Assembly (NCBI GenBank): GCA_950097015.1
Contig: CATNEN010000039.1
Coordinates: forward strand, 9,796,001 to 9,860,000
DNA: 64,000 nucleotides
Source: Macrostomum hystrix
Lineage: Eukaryota; Animalia; Platyhelminthes
Reading direction: 5' to 3'
A program made the translations under genes and the position numbers. Below the pieces are notes generated by a model. That model did not search any database. It had not been told where the DNA came from and worked only from the letters and a program-made list of their open reading frames with translations. Positions 38,279-51,251 of this stretch are shown here, piece by piece; the first letter of the stretch is position 1, and each line of letters begins with the position of its first letter.

Positions 38279-38794
38279 ATCGCTTCATGCCGAACAACGG
38301 GTCGAATCGCTTCATGCCGAACAGCGGGTCGAATCGCTTCATGCCGAACAGCGGGTCGAATCGCTTCATGGCGAACAGCGGGTCGAATCGCTTCATGCCG
38401 AACAGCGGGTCGAATCGCTTCATGCCGAACAGCGGGTCGAATCGCTTCATGCCGAACAGCGGGTCGAATCGCTTCTTGCCGAACAACGGGTCGAATCGCT
38501 TCATGCCGAACAACCGGTCGAATCGCTTCATGCCGAACAGCGGGTCGAATCGCTTCATGCCGAACAGTGGGTCGAATCGCTTCATGCCGAACAGCGGGTC
38601 GAATCGCTTCATGCCGAACAGCGGGTCGAATCGCTTCATGCCGAACAATGGGTCGAATCGCTTCATGCCGAACAGCGGGTCGAATCGCTTCTTGCCGAAC
38701 AACGGGTCGAATCGCTTCATGCCGAACAGCGGGTCGAATCGCTTCATGCCGAACAGCGGGTCGAATCGCTTCATGCCGAAAAGCGGGTCGAATC
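38279..38794. repeat. 27-bp tandem array (GAATCGCTTCATGCCGAACAGCGGGTC)n
   Basis: About 19 units. Confidence 0.97.
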
Positions 38795-40520
38795 TTTTAC
38801 TCGACGACAGTGAGTCGGACTTTTTGCCGCCTGTTTGTTGCTGTGTGGAATAAGCAATGAATTAGAGTACATCAGAGCGAATCGATCGCGAGGTTAGCTG
38901 TTAGCTGTCCTTGGTGCAATAGGTCATGAAGTGTCCGCATTCGTTTATAATTAGTTTCGCCATACCTGAGATCCGTAGGCAACCGCCAAGCATGTAGCCA
39001 GCAGTAGCAGTTTAATGTAAGTTGTCATGTCAGCCGTGTCCAAAAATCTGAAAATTAGGAGGCGAAGGATTTGCTTAGTTATCGCTCTGTGGCAGTTTTC
39101 AAATTGACTTCCGGCTTCCTATGAAAGCAAAAAGCCAGCTGCGAATGCCTGCCATTCTGCCTCTTTTAAATAAAGCCTTCGTCCAACTGTCTTCAATGCA
39201 GGTGAAAGTTTGTGCGGCCTAGATCTGGCCCGGATTTGATCGTCTTTCCAATCTAGGATTCTATCTAGTCTCCCCTTCGTTTATCTGCGACATGTAAGCT
39301 TGTGCTGTGAATGCTACAAGATCGGGCCAGGAGTGGCTCCTGGTTCTGCCTCCCAGGCCGCGATTGAGCTGGTTGAATGTTCGCCTGCGGGCCAACTTAA
39401 CACAGCTTCACGAGATTGGCAGCTTCGGAGAGAGAGTTGGGCTGCAGTGTCGCCTACGAATTCAGACTCCCAAATTCTGGACACGTCAAACACGGAATCG
39501 ATTTTTAGACGAAGGTCGTGGAATATGTGTTTTCGATGCGTCAGAGTCAAGTGCTGACACAATTTACTGTCTTATGGGCTTCCAGTTTAAGTAGTGTGCT
39601 GACTTGCGTGTGAAAAAAACAAGGATGACTTACTGATGATGGCTGACAGATACGACGCTTTGAATCACTGTGAGAAAATAAGCAATGCTGATTTCACTTT
39701 TTTAAACTCCTTGCTTTAGAAATTTTCGTTTAAAAACTGGAAAAATCTTAATTTTTCCGGATTAGTCTGAAGAATACGAAAAAGCGGAAAGAAACTATTT
39801 CACAGCCGACAGCGGAGGGCAAGCAAAGAAACTAGCAAGCGACAGGCTTAGCTCATTTTATACCTGGAAAGATGAGCAGATCAGCTGCAATCCCCGATTC
39901 AATTTGCGTGAACCAGGCCCAATCGAAAAGCAACACGGACAAGTTGCGACCCTCCGTTGCTTGCTAATGGCGAATTCGGGTCCAATTCCGCCATTTTCCT
40001 GTGTCCGCTGCACTGAAACCGAACTATTTCAGTCTGGGACAGTTATCACTGAAGACAAAGAGCATGTCCGCTCAGCCCCAAGTTACTGCGCTCTGCAGGA
40101 TAAACACGTGCCTCGGTCAGTGGTAAAAATATATTTGCGACCCTTGCCACTACATTTTTTATCCACCTTAAAAGTGAACGAAATTAATCTTTGACGTCAG
40201 CAAGTCTGTTGTTGACAGGCGCATATAGACTTATGGACTGCGTCCTCGTCGACCAGTCATCAGCTACAAAGACTAGTGATTTTGTTAGGGTTGTGGAACT
40301 AACCAAGTTTTTGCGACGCGAGGGTGTTTTAGCCCTGGCTCTTGGTTTTCCTGTGTGGTGCTTTTTGTGAGGCTTTTGTGGGAAGCAGTGTTAGGGTTTT
40401 GCTCTTCGTTGGATTTTTCGCGGCGTTGGTCGTCAAAGCCCTCGAAACTATTAGGCGAGCAACTCAAACCGTTGTCAATCTAAACAATTCTAAAGGGTCT
40501 GTAGCCCTAAGGCTAGCCCA

Positions 40521-40897
40521 TAATAATAATTTTTGCAGGAGGGCTGCAGACAATTGTACATCATTTGATGACACTAGACATGCAGCCAGCGAGGAGGCAG
40601 TTCTGCACATTTCGCTGACTCCTGAGCACACACGCTCACACTGATACTGTACGCAGGCACTCGCTCACACAGATGTGTACATACATCTGCCCTGACTTTC
40701 TCATCGTCAGGCAGTGTACTGCACTCTCAGTTTGCCTAATTGGAGGTTGACCCTTAAGGGCGTAAATTGCACCACGAGCCCTTAAGCCCTCTCTTCGCGG
40801 CTGCGCCCTAACTGAATATGGCCTCGCCACGGAATCGAGCTCAGGGACCTTATAGTGCGAGAGGCAGACGCGTTAACCGCTCTGCCACTCACCCCCC
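40521..40897 (-). mobile_element. SINE family A, full-length copy
   Basis: Reverse complement of 32848-33222 including head and (TAA)n tail. Confidence 0.88.
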
Positions 40898-43800
40898 TAT
40901 TCCGAACCCATGCATCTCCCATGAATATATCTGACCTTAAAAGAAGCCCCAATCTACTATATGTGGTGGCGGTGTTGTATCAATTTCACCTGTTTTCAGC
41001 GTTGGCTTATTAATTATTACAATATATAATGTCTGCTATTCGAGCTAACGTAGAAAAAATGTTGGATAACAGAATGCTGAGCCGTCGGACAATATTTTTG
41101 TTCTTTCGTTTGTCTTTATAAACTGCAACAGCAAGTCTAATTTTGTCTTCTATGTTGGCTAGCCGGGAGTCAAAATAAATTAATTTAATTAACAACCAAT
41201 AATTTATCGTTCATTTTTTATTGGATAGGAGAAATCAAATATCGATGCTTCTAATTTTCAACTCCACGTAGAACCAAAACCAATTTCATTTTAACTAAAA
41301 CTTCTCTCTTTTATAGCCCACATTGAAATATTTTCCGGAACGTAATTCACTTTGATGAATTGTTATATTAATTGTAGCGCTTTTGCAAGCGACATTTTGT
41401 TAATTTCATGCATGTTTACAGGTACAGTCAGTCGCAGTTTTGCTGAGACTGACAGTTATTCGCGCCGAAGAGTACTATTAATCCCCTAATCCTTCAGTAT
41501 CGACTGTCCATTCCCTCATCCTTCAGTGCCCCCCAACCTTGTGCAGGAGGTGCAAACCTAACCGTTGCGAGGCATGCGCCATCCGACGATTAGTCGACTG
41601 CATGCCTACTGCTACATCAGCCCCCCGGACACTGCTGTTGGGCTCACTCAGGCGCTGAGACACGCCTTCTGACGCTGTAATAATATCAATTTAAGCTAGG
41701 CAGCATTGCATGATGTTGTTTTGTGTTGTTGTTAACGCCATGCGCAATAGTCAAAATTGTGGAAAAAATACAGAGCCAATATAAGTCGACCTGGACAATT
41801 TAAGGATTGTGTGATATGCATCGCAGTACATGCATTTTCGGGAAGAATGATGTTAGTTTTTAAGCTTATACAGAAAGTATTAAGCACCATGTACTTATTG
41901 CAGTTAGCAGGCCAATTAAGAAGCTAATTTTAGTAGTTCTTGAGATTCACTTAAATCGTTATGGAAAAAACAAAGTTGTGCTCAGCAAATCGCAATTGTT
42001 TGGGTCGAGAAAATACTTTAAAACCTAATAGTGCAAAGAACAATTAAAAATTACATCTAACTATAGTAAAATAATATAATTACCAAAAAAGCGTTTATTA
42101 AAAAATTACGCTTACGGATTTGAAAAACATAAAAAGATACCTTTTTTGTTCACAGAAAATAATTAAAAAAATGACAGCCTTTCTTAATAAAGTGCTATTT
42201 GTGTTTATAGATTTTGTTTTGTTGCAAAGAGTGAAAATAGTTTGTTTTAAATAGAAAAAGCCTCACGTTTTCAACCGTCTCAAAATGTGCACTTCGAGCC
42301 GAGTTACCTTGACACTTAAACTTAAACTGCCTTAATAAGCTATCTTCGATGAACGGACAATGAACGAACGAATTGAACTATCGATCGGCCCCTATACCAT
42401 TCGACCCGTAGGGCGTTAAGATGTTCCTCATGGCTAAATTGTGGCTACTTTTTGTAAAGATTTGATAACTGGTCTTTCCCTTTCGCGGCTTTGCTAAAGA
42501 TTTGCTGTTCTGTTCAGCAGTGCCTGTCACTGATCTGCTGAAGTTCGACACCACAATATTGTAACATTTTGTTATTACTTGTGATTTTAGGAATGCTGTC
42601 ATGGTTAGGGCTTTGATTTATGCTCAGGATTTATTGTATTTTGTCAGATATTTTTCTTATTTGTGAGCAAATACTTATTTTGTGATTATTTTTAGACTTC
42701 ATTTAGCTCAGATTAAAATGACTTGACAGTGGCCTTCGACACTTTTAAGTGTATGAAATAATTTTGCTATATTTTTTAGTTTAATATTTTTGCTAAGCTT
42801 CTCTTACCCCAACATACATGCAATTTTATCTCACCTTAATTTTAACCTATCAATTCAGTCCTTTGGAGCCTTAATAAACCTAAGCTCTGCAGTGAGGCTT
42901 GAGTAAAATGAGTTTTTAGCAGTCAAGAGGGCAAAAGTACATGTAAATTTTCTTCCAATTTCAATATGAACTAACGAGTAGGCCTATATACTCATATAGG
43001 CCCCTAGCCTTCAGAAAACTGTCATTGGAAACTGTTGGTGAAACTGTCAGCGCAAGTTATACTTTAACTTGTCAACTTTCTCATGTAATAACAATTGTCG
43101 TGACAATTGTCGTGACAATTCCATTAATTAAAATGATTAATAAATGAGAAAATAGTAGCAGAAAAAATGTTTTTGAAATAACTTCACAAGGAAAATGTAG
43201 AAAAAATATTTATATAAATTTGTATACTAGTCATGTACACAACACTATACACAGCCAAGAAATGTAAGCCATAGCCACTGGTGTATGCTATAGAACTCAA
43301 GTGTACGCTGGAAAATTCTAGTGTACACCCCTCCTACAATATGCCACAGAACTAGAATTTTGTGTAGCTGTGTAGATAGTCTTTTTGTGTAGCTGTGGGA
43401 TCCAGTGATAGACTACAAAAGAATTTTGGGCACATTGCAGCAGGCCCATATCCCAATCAATTAGCATTACTTAAGCTTGTGTTGCTCATCAGTGGAGTCT
43501 AGATAGAGGCACATGCCGCACATTAGTTGAGAAATGATTAGGAAATAGCTTTAAAGGTTTTTAGGAGCCTAGGAGGGTCTCTTTATCTTGACTGCATGTG
43601 GTTCTACTGAAAATGTAAATCATGTCTGTGTTAAGGGTCAGAGGGGATCCCAAAGACTCTGGATCCAACTTGGATCCTAATCTTGACCAATCCTAAAAAT
43701 CTTGATCCCTTCCAACTCCTAGTCTATGTTGTATTGCACTTTGTTGGCAGTAAGTTTGGCATGCTTATTGTTATTGACTTTCATTATAGGATCAAATATG

Positions 43801-45713
43801 ACCCTGAGTAGCTTGGGATAAGAGCAATACATGACCAGTGATTCATTAATGAGGTGCTGTAGATAGGCACAATACTCATGAGTTGTGGTAAAACTAGTTG
43901 CAATGAATTTTCTAGGAGATGGAGATTTAACATGTAGGTACTCCCAGAGGCTATCAAGGTATGGCTAGATAAGGCCCAGAAGAAGCTGCACAACCAGGTC
44001 ATGAGCACCATTAAGGTGGCAAAAACTAGCAATCTAAGTAGCAGATTGGTGTGGAAGATCTTTCTACAGTGCTTTAGATCAGAAATTTTGTTCAACACTT
44101 TGTGAAGATAAATGGCTACATCCATGGTGCACTCAATTAGCAGGTTTGCAAATATTAAAACCAGAGCAGATAAAATCAATGATTGCCAATTTATCTTCCA
44201 TACATGCGCAATACCCGGCCAACCTAGGCCTAGCCGAACTGGCTGGGTGAAATGAGGGCCAAGCCAGGTAAGTCGCAAAAACCAATCAACCAAGCGCAAA
44301 AAAATCAAAGGGGGACCAAGGGACAAAAAAGGAAGGCATGAAGAAAAGGAAAAAGGGGAGAGAAAAAGAGAGCAAACTAAGTTGTAAATAGAGCAATGAA
44401 ACGAACTAAGTTGCAAATGAGAGCAAACTAAGTCGTAAATAGAGCAAAAACTAAGTCGCACGGCTGGCTAAGATTTGGGAGGTTGCGCATGTATGTTATC
44501 TTCCTTTATCTTTATCTGGCATGAAGGGAAAGACAGCTTTGGACTTATACTTGTCATAACAAATTTAGCTACATGTACTTCTTTATCTATACTATATAAT
44601 GTCATTACTATAGTAGAATGTTTGTGTCAAGACACTTTTGATAATAAAATTACTATGGGCCTATATATATTGATTTGATTTTCCAGTATTAATATGATCC
44701 CTAATGGACAGTTTTCCTTTTCGAAAATTAAAAACAAAAAACAGCATCTTGAGTCAAGAGTATACATTAGATTATAATGCCAAACCAAGCTTTAAAAATG
44801 GTAGACAATTTTTTCACCAAGCATTTGCTACTGTATAAACTTTTAATATATAAAAATAGAAAGTATGTTTTAAATATATTTAAATCTTGCCAAATTTTTG
44901 TGTTTGAGTCAAGCAGAACTTAACAGATAAAATAGCAATCTGCTAATCTTAGCTTGATATAGAAACCTAATGCTAAGCTTCTCTAGTTATGCTGAACCTT
45001 TATTTTGTCCTAAGCATTTGATACATTTGAAAGTTTGTTACTTAGTGTCGTTACAAAAAAACATTTTTTCAGTGTAGAGATAACAATTGCCCTAAAGTTG
45101 ATTAGGCAACCAAAGTGTCACTCCTGACTTCAGGTAATGTGTTGTTTTGTTGTACTACAGCATTGTACAAAAATTTCTGACAGATATCAATGCTATGCCA
45201 TGTGTAGCTCAGTAGAATTGCTAGTTTTTCAACTTATCATAATATGCTAGGCAGATTGATTTAACTTCATGAATTGAATATTTGTGTGTCACTAAGGATA
45301 GATGGATGTTGCTTGCATCAGCGAGGTAAAAAACAGCTTAAAATTGGGGTTGTTTGTCTTTTCGTTTGCCTCTCAAGGGAAGAAATTTTCAACTCTCACC
45401 TGGAATAAGTAGAGTTTTGCCTGTTAAAGTAAATGATGACTTTTAAAAGAATGGAGTTGCATACTCTAAACATTTCAAGATAAATTATTTATCTATGCTG
45501 TTTTAATGCTACTAATCATTGCTTGGACTTGCACTTCAAAATTGTTGGTCAAACTTTCTGCTTCTCCATATATGAACACCATTAATAATATATTATCTGA
45601 TGAATTTTGTGTCATTATCATCAAACACATTTCAGCTAATTGAGACCAGCTTCGCTGTGTACACAGTGGTACATAACTCCAATAGTTAATCAACTAATCG
45701 AATTGAACATAAT

Positions 45714-46846
45714 ATGAGCGACGCAGTTGACGCTGACGCTGTTGGCAGTGGCGAATTGAATATTGAAACTGCCGTGCAGGAAGTACTCAAGACCTCCATG
45801 GTGCACGACGGCCTGGCCCGCGGCCTGCACGAGGCCACCAAGGCTCTGGAGAAGCGCTCCGCCATCTTGTGCATTCTGGCCAGCGATTGCGATGAGGGTG
45901 CCTACACCAAACTGGTTGAGGCTCTGTGCCATGAGCACCAGGTTCAGCTAGTCAAGGTGGAGTCGGCTAAACAGCTTGGCGAATGGGCCGGCCTCTGCAA
46001 GATTGACAAAGAGGGCAAGCCGCGCAAGGTCGTCAAGTGCTCCTGTGTGGTTGTCAAGGTGAGGCATGCTTCTTTCTTACGGGTTTATTTGCCTCTCCTA
46101 TTAACTATACTAGCTGGTAATTATCTTGTTTCGTGATTGTGGAAGTTTTTTCATCGGATAGAGAGGAAAATTTAAGTTCGCATTCTGCATTTTCATGCCG
46201 CTTGATTAAATATTTCGTGATATCCAGAAAAAATACAGGTGGGTATTTGAAATACCCACACGTTGTCTTTCTACTGTTAAAGAAGGTTGTAAACTTAGGT
46301 TAGGTTACTTAAGGTCGTGGGTTCGATTCCCGACTCCACTGGAACAATTTGTGTCCTTTACCTGCATTGCTCCAGTTCACCCAGCTGTAAATGGGTACTC
46401 AGCATTAGTTGGTATAATTGGGGTGTGTGTGTGTGTGACGTTCCCCCAGTCCATGGACTGTACGCAGCCTTAAGATGCGCCGCGCAGTAGCTGCGGCAGT
46501 GCTTTCGGCTGCACATCTGGTCCATTGTGGCAGGTGTAATTAATATATACTATTAACACTACCATTATTAAGATCGGTGTTATTATTATGGCGCTCCGTT
46601 CGTCTATGATGAAAAATGTTGAGCATTTTTAGTGCAAAGTTGGAAATCATTGTTTTCCAGCGGTGAAGCATTAATGATAGGTCTGAGACCAGTAATATTT
46701 GATGCCGCAATACATTTTTGCAAACTGTTTTAACGTGAATTCTTAACAGCAACATCAACCCCCCTCTACTCCGCTTGTAACTGCAGGACCTGGGCTCCAC
46801 CCAAGCCAGTCAGGCCTTGGACTTCCTCAAGAAGCAGACCGAATGA
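45714..46846 (+). CDS. RPS12: 40S ribosomal protein S12 (eS12); exons 45714-46058, 46787-46846
   Basis: [53 protein letters not shown]|DLG; GT-AG intron, phase 0. Confidence 0.95.
46305..46540 (+). mobile_element. tRNA-derived SINE family B in the RPS12 intron
   Basis: B box GGTTCGATTCC followed by CACCCAGCTGTAAATGGGTAC core; related copies at 31495, 55640 and 58060. Confidence 0.75.
46602..46689 (+). ncRNA. Candidate intronic box C/D snoRNA
   Basis: C box ATGATGA 46606-46612, D box CTGA 46683-46686, terminal stem GTC/GAC in kink-turn register, 88 nt, ends 97 nt before the 3' splice site of a ribosomal-protein intron. Confidence 0.65.
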
Positions 46847-47267
46847 GGCCGCCTGTTATTTCAGACTGAGCTGTTTCGGCTGTTTGTTGCTTGCAGTGGG
46901 CGCGCGAAGCTACGGGGTGTCGCGACAGTTAATATATCTACTATCCGACTTGGAGCTTGAATATTTGTTTTACTGTCAGGAGTTTAGTTTCGCTTTTTTT
47001 AATTAATTGTGTTGCACTTGTTAAGCAAAGGTTTAAAAAGTTGCATTGTCATTACGCATTGTTCATCGGGCTGTGGCCCCTGTGGTCTGCGCGCGCGTTC
47101 TGCTTGCACTGGGCCGTCTTGGAACTGTGTTTTTGTGTTGCCTTTTTTGCACAATTTTTGCCCAAGTTTAAATCCATTTTGAAATAGTCCCAAATGGATT
47201 AGAGCATTAAAACAGCAAATGGTCCCAAATTATAAAGACTAGACTCAAAACTTATATTAGAAATAGT

Positions 47268-47520
47268 TCCAAAACTCGTTAGAGAATCTTCCCAAAACTC
47301 GTTAGAGAATCGTCCCAAAACTCCTTAAAGAATCTTCCCAAAACTCCTTCGAGAATCGTCCTAAAACTCGTTCGAGAATCGTCCCTAAAGCTCCTTAAAG
47401 AATCTCCCCAAAACTCGTTCGAGAATCGTACTAAAACCCGTTAAAGAATCTTTCCAAAACTCGTTCGAGAATGTTCACAAATCTCGTTTTAGAATCTTTC
47501 CAAAATCGGTTAAAGAATTG
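47268..47520. repeat. Degenerate ~23-bp tandem array (CCCAAAACTCGTTAGAGAATCTT)n
   Basis: About 11 units upstream of the NF-YC acceptor. Confidence 0.85.
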
Positions 47521-47574
47521 CTTATAACTATTTTTTTTCATTTTGTGTTTTGCAGACTTTGGCAAACCTAAAAA

Positions 47575-48811
47575 ATGTCTGACGCCGCTGCCGCAGCCAC
47601 TTCAGTAACGAGCGCTCGCGTTGCTTTGCTAATGCGCCAGGAGGCCATGGACATTGCTGCTTTACCTTCTGACACGGCCGCTTTTAAGAACTCCGAGCTG
47701 CCACTGGCTAGGATTAAAAAGATTATGAAACTGGACGAAGATATTCGCGGCATGATGATTGCCGCCGAGGCACCTTTGCTGTTTTCTAAAGCTGCTGAAC
47801 TCCTCATTAAGGTGAGAAAATTATTCCTCATTAAGGTGTTGCAGCTACCTGGGTTGCTAAGGGTAGCATAGAGTTCTTGAATGGTTAGATGGCTACCTGA
47901 GTTGCTAAGGGTAGCATAGAGTTCTTGAATAGTTAGATGGCTACCTGAGTTGCTAAGGGTAGCATAGAGTTCTTGAATGGTTAGATGGCTACCTGAGTTG
48001 CTAAGGGTAGCATAGAGTTCTTGAATGGTTAGATGGCTACCTGAGTTGCTAAGGGTAGCATAGAGTTCTTGAATGGTTAGATGGCTACCTGAGTTGCTAA
48101 GGGTAGCATCGAGTTCTTAAATGGTTAGATGGCTACCGGGGTTGCTAAGGATATGCTTGAGTACCTGAATCATTAGATAGCTACCTGATTATTATATGAA
48201 TAGACTGACCCAGGTGCATAAATGTCGCATACTCTCACTCACAGGAGCTGACCCTGCGCGCTTGGATCCACACGGAGCGCCAGCGTCGTCGGACTCTTCA
48301 GCGGGCCGACATATCAGCCAGCGTCTACGATCAGGACACTGATCAGTTTGATTTTCTGATCGATATTGTGCCTCGCGAAGAAATGCCGACACCGCAGCCG
48401 CATCAGCAGTCGCAGTCAGCTGCTGCCCAGCCGCCATTGGGTGTAACACCGTCGCTTACGTCGGCAGCGTCAACTCCGGCTATGCCGGCCGTGTCTCTGG
48501 CCGCCGAGCTCATGGACCAGCAGGCTATTCAGCGAGCTAGCCCGGCTGCTCACATTGTCACTTCCTCCCAGCAGCAGCAGGTGCAGTATGTTATTCAGCT
48601 GGCCAACGGGCAGCAGCAGCTTCACCAAGCTCCAATGCAGATGGCATTCCTACCTACCCAGGAGCAGCAGCAGCAGGTGCAGCACCCCGTCCTGCATTTC
48701 GCCACAGCTTCTGGCTCCGATGGACAGCAGGACGTATTGGAAGTGAAGCCGGACATCTCCCAAATGGCTCTGTCGGCCGGCCCTGTGCCTGTTAGCTTTG
48801 CCGGCCTCTGA
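47575..48811 (+). CDS. NFYC: Nuclear transcription factor Y subunit gamma; exons 47575-47811, 48245-48811
   Basis: Histone fold [32 protein letters not shown]|[30 protein letters not shown]; Q-rich tail. Confidence 0.93.
47844..48190. repeat. 48-bp intronic tandem array
   Basis: About 7 units of GCTACCTGAGTTGCTAAGGGTAGCATAGAGTTCTTGAATGGTTAGATG. Confidence 0.95.
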
Positions 48812-49155
48812 ATTGTACATAACATACTGCTCCGACTAATTGTCTAATTAACTTGTGCTGCTCGATATTGTCTAAGCTGTGTGTTAGTCTGTCCAATTGA
48901 ATGCTCTTATCTTTGCGTTTAGAAAACAAAACAAAAAGTTTGTTATTTTCTGTCCTAATTTTATTTTCATTTCCAGCTCTTTCCTTGCACGTCTGCATGC
49001 TATTTATTTATTTATTTATTTTCCTGTGCTTGTTTGTTTTCTTAACAAATATTGGCTGTATTGTTTGTGTTTTAGTCAATGTCCGACTGTTTTTATACCC
49101 AGAAATCACGGCCCTAATGTCATTTAAACTATTAAAATATTGGCTTGAAAGTAAC

Positions 49156-50312
49156 AGAACCGGTAGCTAGAATCGCAGCAGAGACCGTAGCTAGAATCGC
49201 AGCAGAGACCGTAGCTAGAATCGCAGCAGAAACCGTAGCTAGAATCGCAGCAGAAACCGTAGCTAGAATCGCAGCAGAAACCGTAGCTAGAATCGCAGCA
49301 GAAACTGTAGCTAGAATCGCAGCAGAGACCGTAGCTAGAATCGCAGCAGAGACCGTAGCTAGAATCGCAGCAGAACCGGTAGCTAGAATCGCAGCAGAAA
49401 CCGGTAGCTAGAATCGCAGCAGAAACCGTAGCTAGAATCGCAGCAGAAACCGTAGCTAGAATCGCAGCAGAAACCGTAGCTAGAATCGCAGCAGAACCGG
49501 TAGCTAGAATCGCAGCAGAAACCGTAGCTAGAATCGCAGCAGAAACCGTAGCTAGAATCGCAGCAGAAACCGTAGCTAGAATCGCAGCAGAACCGGTAGC
49601 TAGAATCGCAGCAGAAACCGTAGCTAGAATCGCAGCAGAAACCGTAGCTAGAATCGCAGCAGAAACCGTAGCTAGAATCGCAGCAGAAACCGTAGCTAGA
49701 ATCGCAGCAGAAACCGTAGCTAGAATCGCAGCAGAAACCGTAGCTAGAATCGCAGCAGAAACCGTAGCTAGAATCGCAGCAGAAACCGTAGCTAGAATCG
49801 CAGCAGAACCGGTAGCTAGAATCGCAGCAGAAACCGTAGCTAGAATCGCAGCAGAACCGGTAGCTAGAATCGCAGCAGAAACCGTAGCTAGAATCGCAGC
49901 AGAAACCGTAGCTAGAATCGCAGCAGAAACTGTAGCTAGAATCGCAGCAGAGACCGTAGCTAGAATCGCAGCAGAGACCGTAGCTAGAATCGCAGCAGAG
50001 ACCGTAGCTAGAATCGCAGCAGAAACCGTAGCTAGAATCGCAGCAGAAACCGTAGCTAGAATCGCAGCAGAGACCGTAGCTAGAATCGCAGCAGAGACCG
50101 TAGCTAGAATCGCAGCAGAAACCGTAGCTAGAATCGCAGCAGAAACCGTAGCTAGAATCGCAGCAGAAACCGTAGCTAGAATCGCAGCAGAAACCGTAGC
50201 TAGAATCGCAGCAGAGACCGTAGCTAGAATCGCAGCAGAAACCGTAGCTAGAATCGCAGCAGAAACCGTAGCTAGAATCGAAGCAGAGACCGTAGCTAGA
50301 ATCGCAGCAGAA
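49156..50312. repeat. 24-bp tandem array (CCGTAGCTAGAATCGCAGCAGAAA)n
   Basis: About 48 units. Confidence 0.97.
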
Positions 50313-50919
50313 GCTTACAATTTGGATGCCTCTCTTAGCCACAATGGACTTAGATTAATTTTTTACTCACTTAAGGCCTGTTTATTCTTCTAGTAGAAAG
50401 CCCTGAAAAATTAAACTTGTGCTATCAAGCAATGTTCTGATGTTTAACAGTCGGTGAGATACAATTGATTTTTTGTAACCCATTCTTATGCGTCATTATC
50501 TTGTGTAAATTTCATGGTTGAATCGCAAATTTGTGAGTTCACAGTACTGTTCTTAATCAGGCAAGCTGCACCTGTGCAATATAATCAGTAGCTTTTTTCT
50601 TCTTGCATTCTTAAATTCCTGTTTTGGTTGTCCTTATTTTAACTGCACGAGGCCACTAAAGTTTTCTGTAATTTTTTTCTCTTTTTTGGCAAGTTTTTGT
50701 GTGCTTTCCTATCCGGTGGGTTTAGTCTCGATGTAAGTTGCAATGTCCGTTATTTTGTGTGCAATTTTCTGTATCAGCGAACGAAACAATAATACCGTGA
50801 GTTCCTTTTTTAAGCCTATTCTACTCAACAACTAAGGCTATTTAAAAGCTGTTTTCATAAATTTAGTCATTTCTTGTAACCTGGTTATGTCTGTGTTACA
50901 CTGCACTGACGCATTAGTT

Positions 50920-51251
50920 CACAGTGTTACAACCTTCCAGTGCAGCATCAGATCACAGGGTTACAACGTTCCACTGCAGCACTAGGTCACAGTGTTACAA
51001 CCTTCCACTGCAGCACTAGGTCACAGTGTTACAACCTTCACTGCAGCATCAGGTCACAGTGTTACAACTTTCCAATGCAGCTTTGGGTCACAGTGTTACA
51101 ACTTTCCACTGCAGCATTGGGTCACAGTGTTACAACTTTCCAATGCAGCTTTGGGTCACAGTGTTACATCTTTCCACTGCAGCATCAGGTCACATTGTTT
51201 TAACTTTCCACTGCAGCATTAGCTCACAATGTTACAACTTTCCAATTGCAG
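50920..51251. repeat. ~34-bp tandem array ending at the MRPS6 acceptor
   Basis: Units of GTCACAGTGTTACAACTTTCCACTGCAGCATTGG. Confidence 0.9.

Noticed and set aside
38193-38860. Repeat proteins in four frames
   Set aside because: A 27-bp array open in most frames with no coding context
43784-44461. 225-aa ORF or Penelope-like RT remnant (nearby HWIPQLHK)
   Set aside because: No ATG context and no further RT motifs that I can confirm
45432-45500. Second C/D snoRNA (ATGATGA)
   Set aside because: No D box or terminal stem at a suitable distance
46239-46259. Hairpin GTGGGTATTT-G-AAATACCCAC as a terminator or RNA gene
   Set aside because: One-nt loop palindrome in an intron; bacterial terminator logic does not apply
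49383-50342. 319-aa Cys-rich (CCDSSYGF)n protein
   Set aside because: Translation of a 24-bp satellite antisense to the gene cluster
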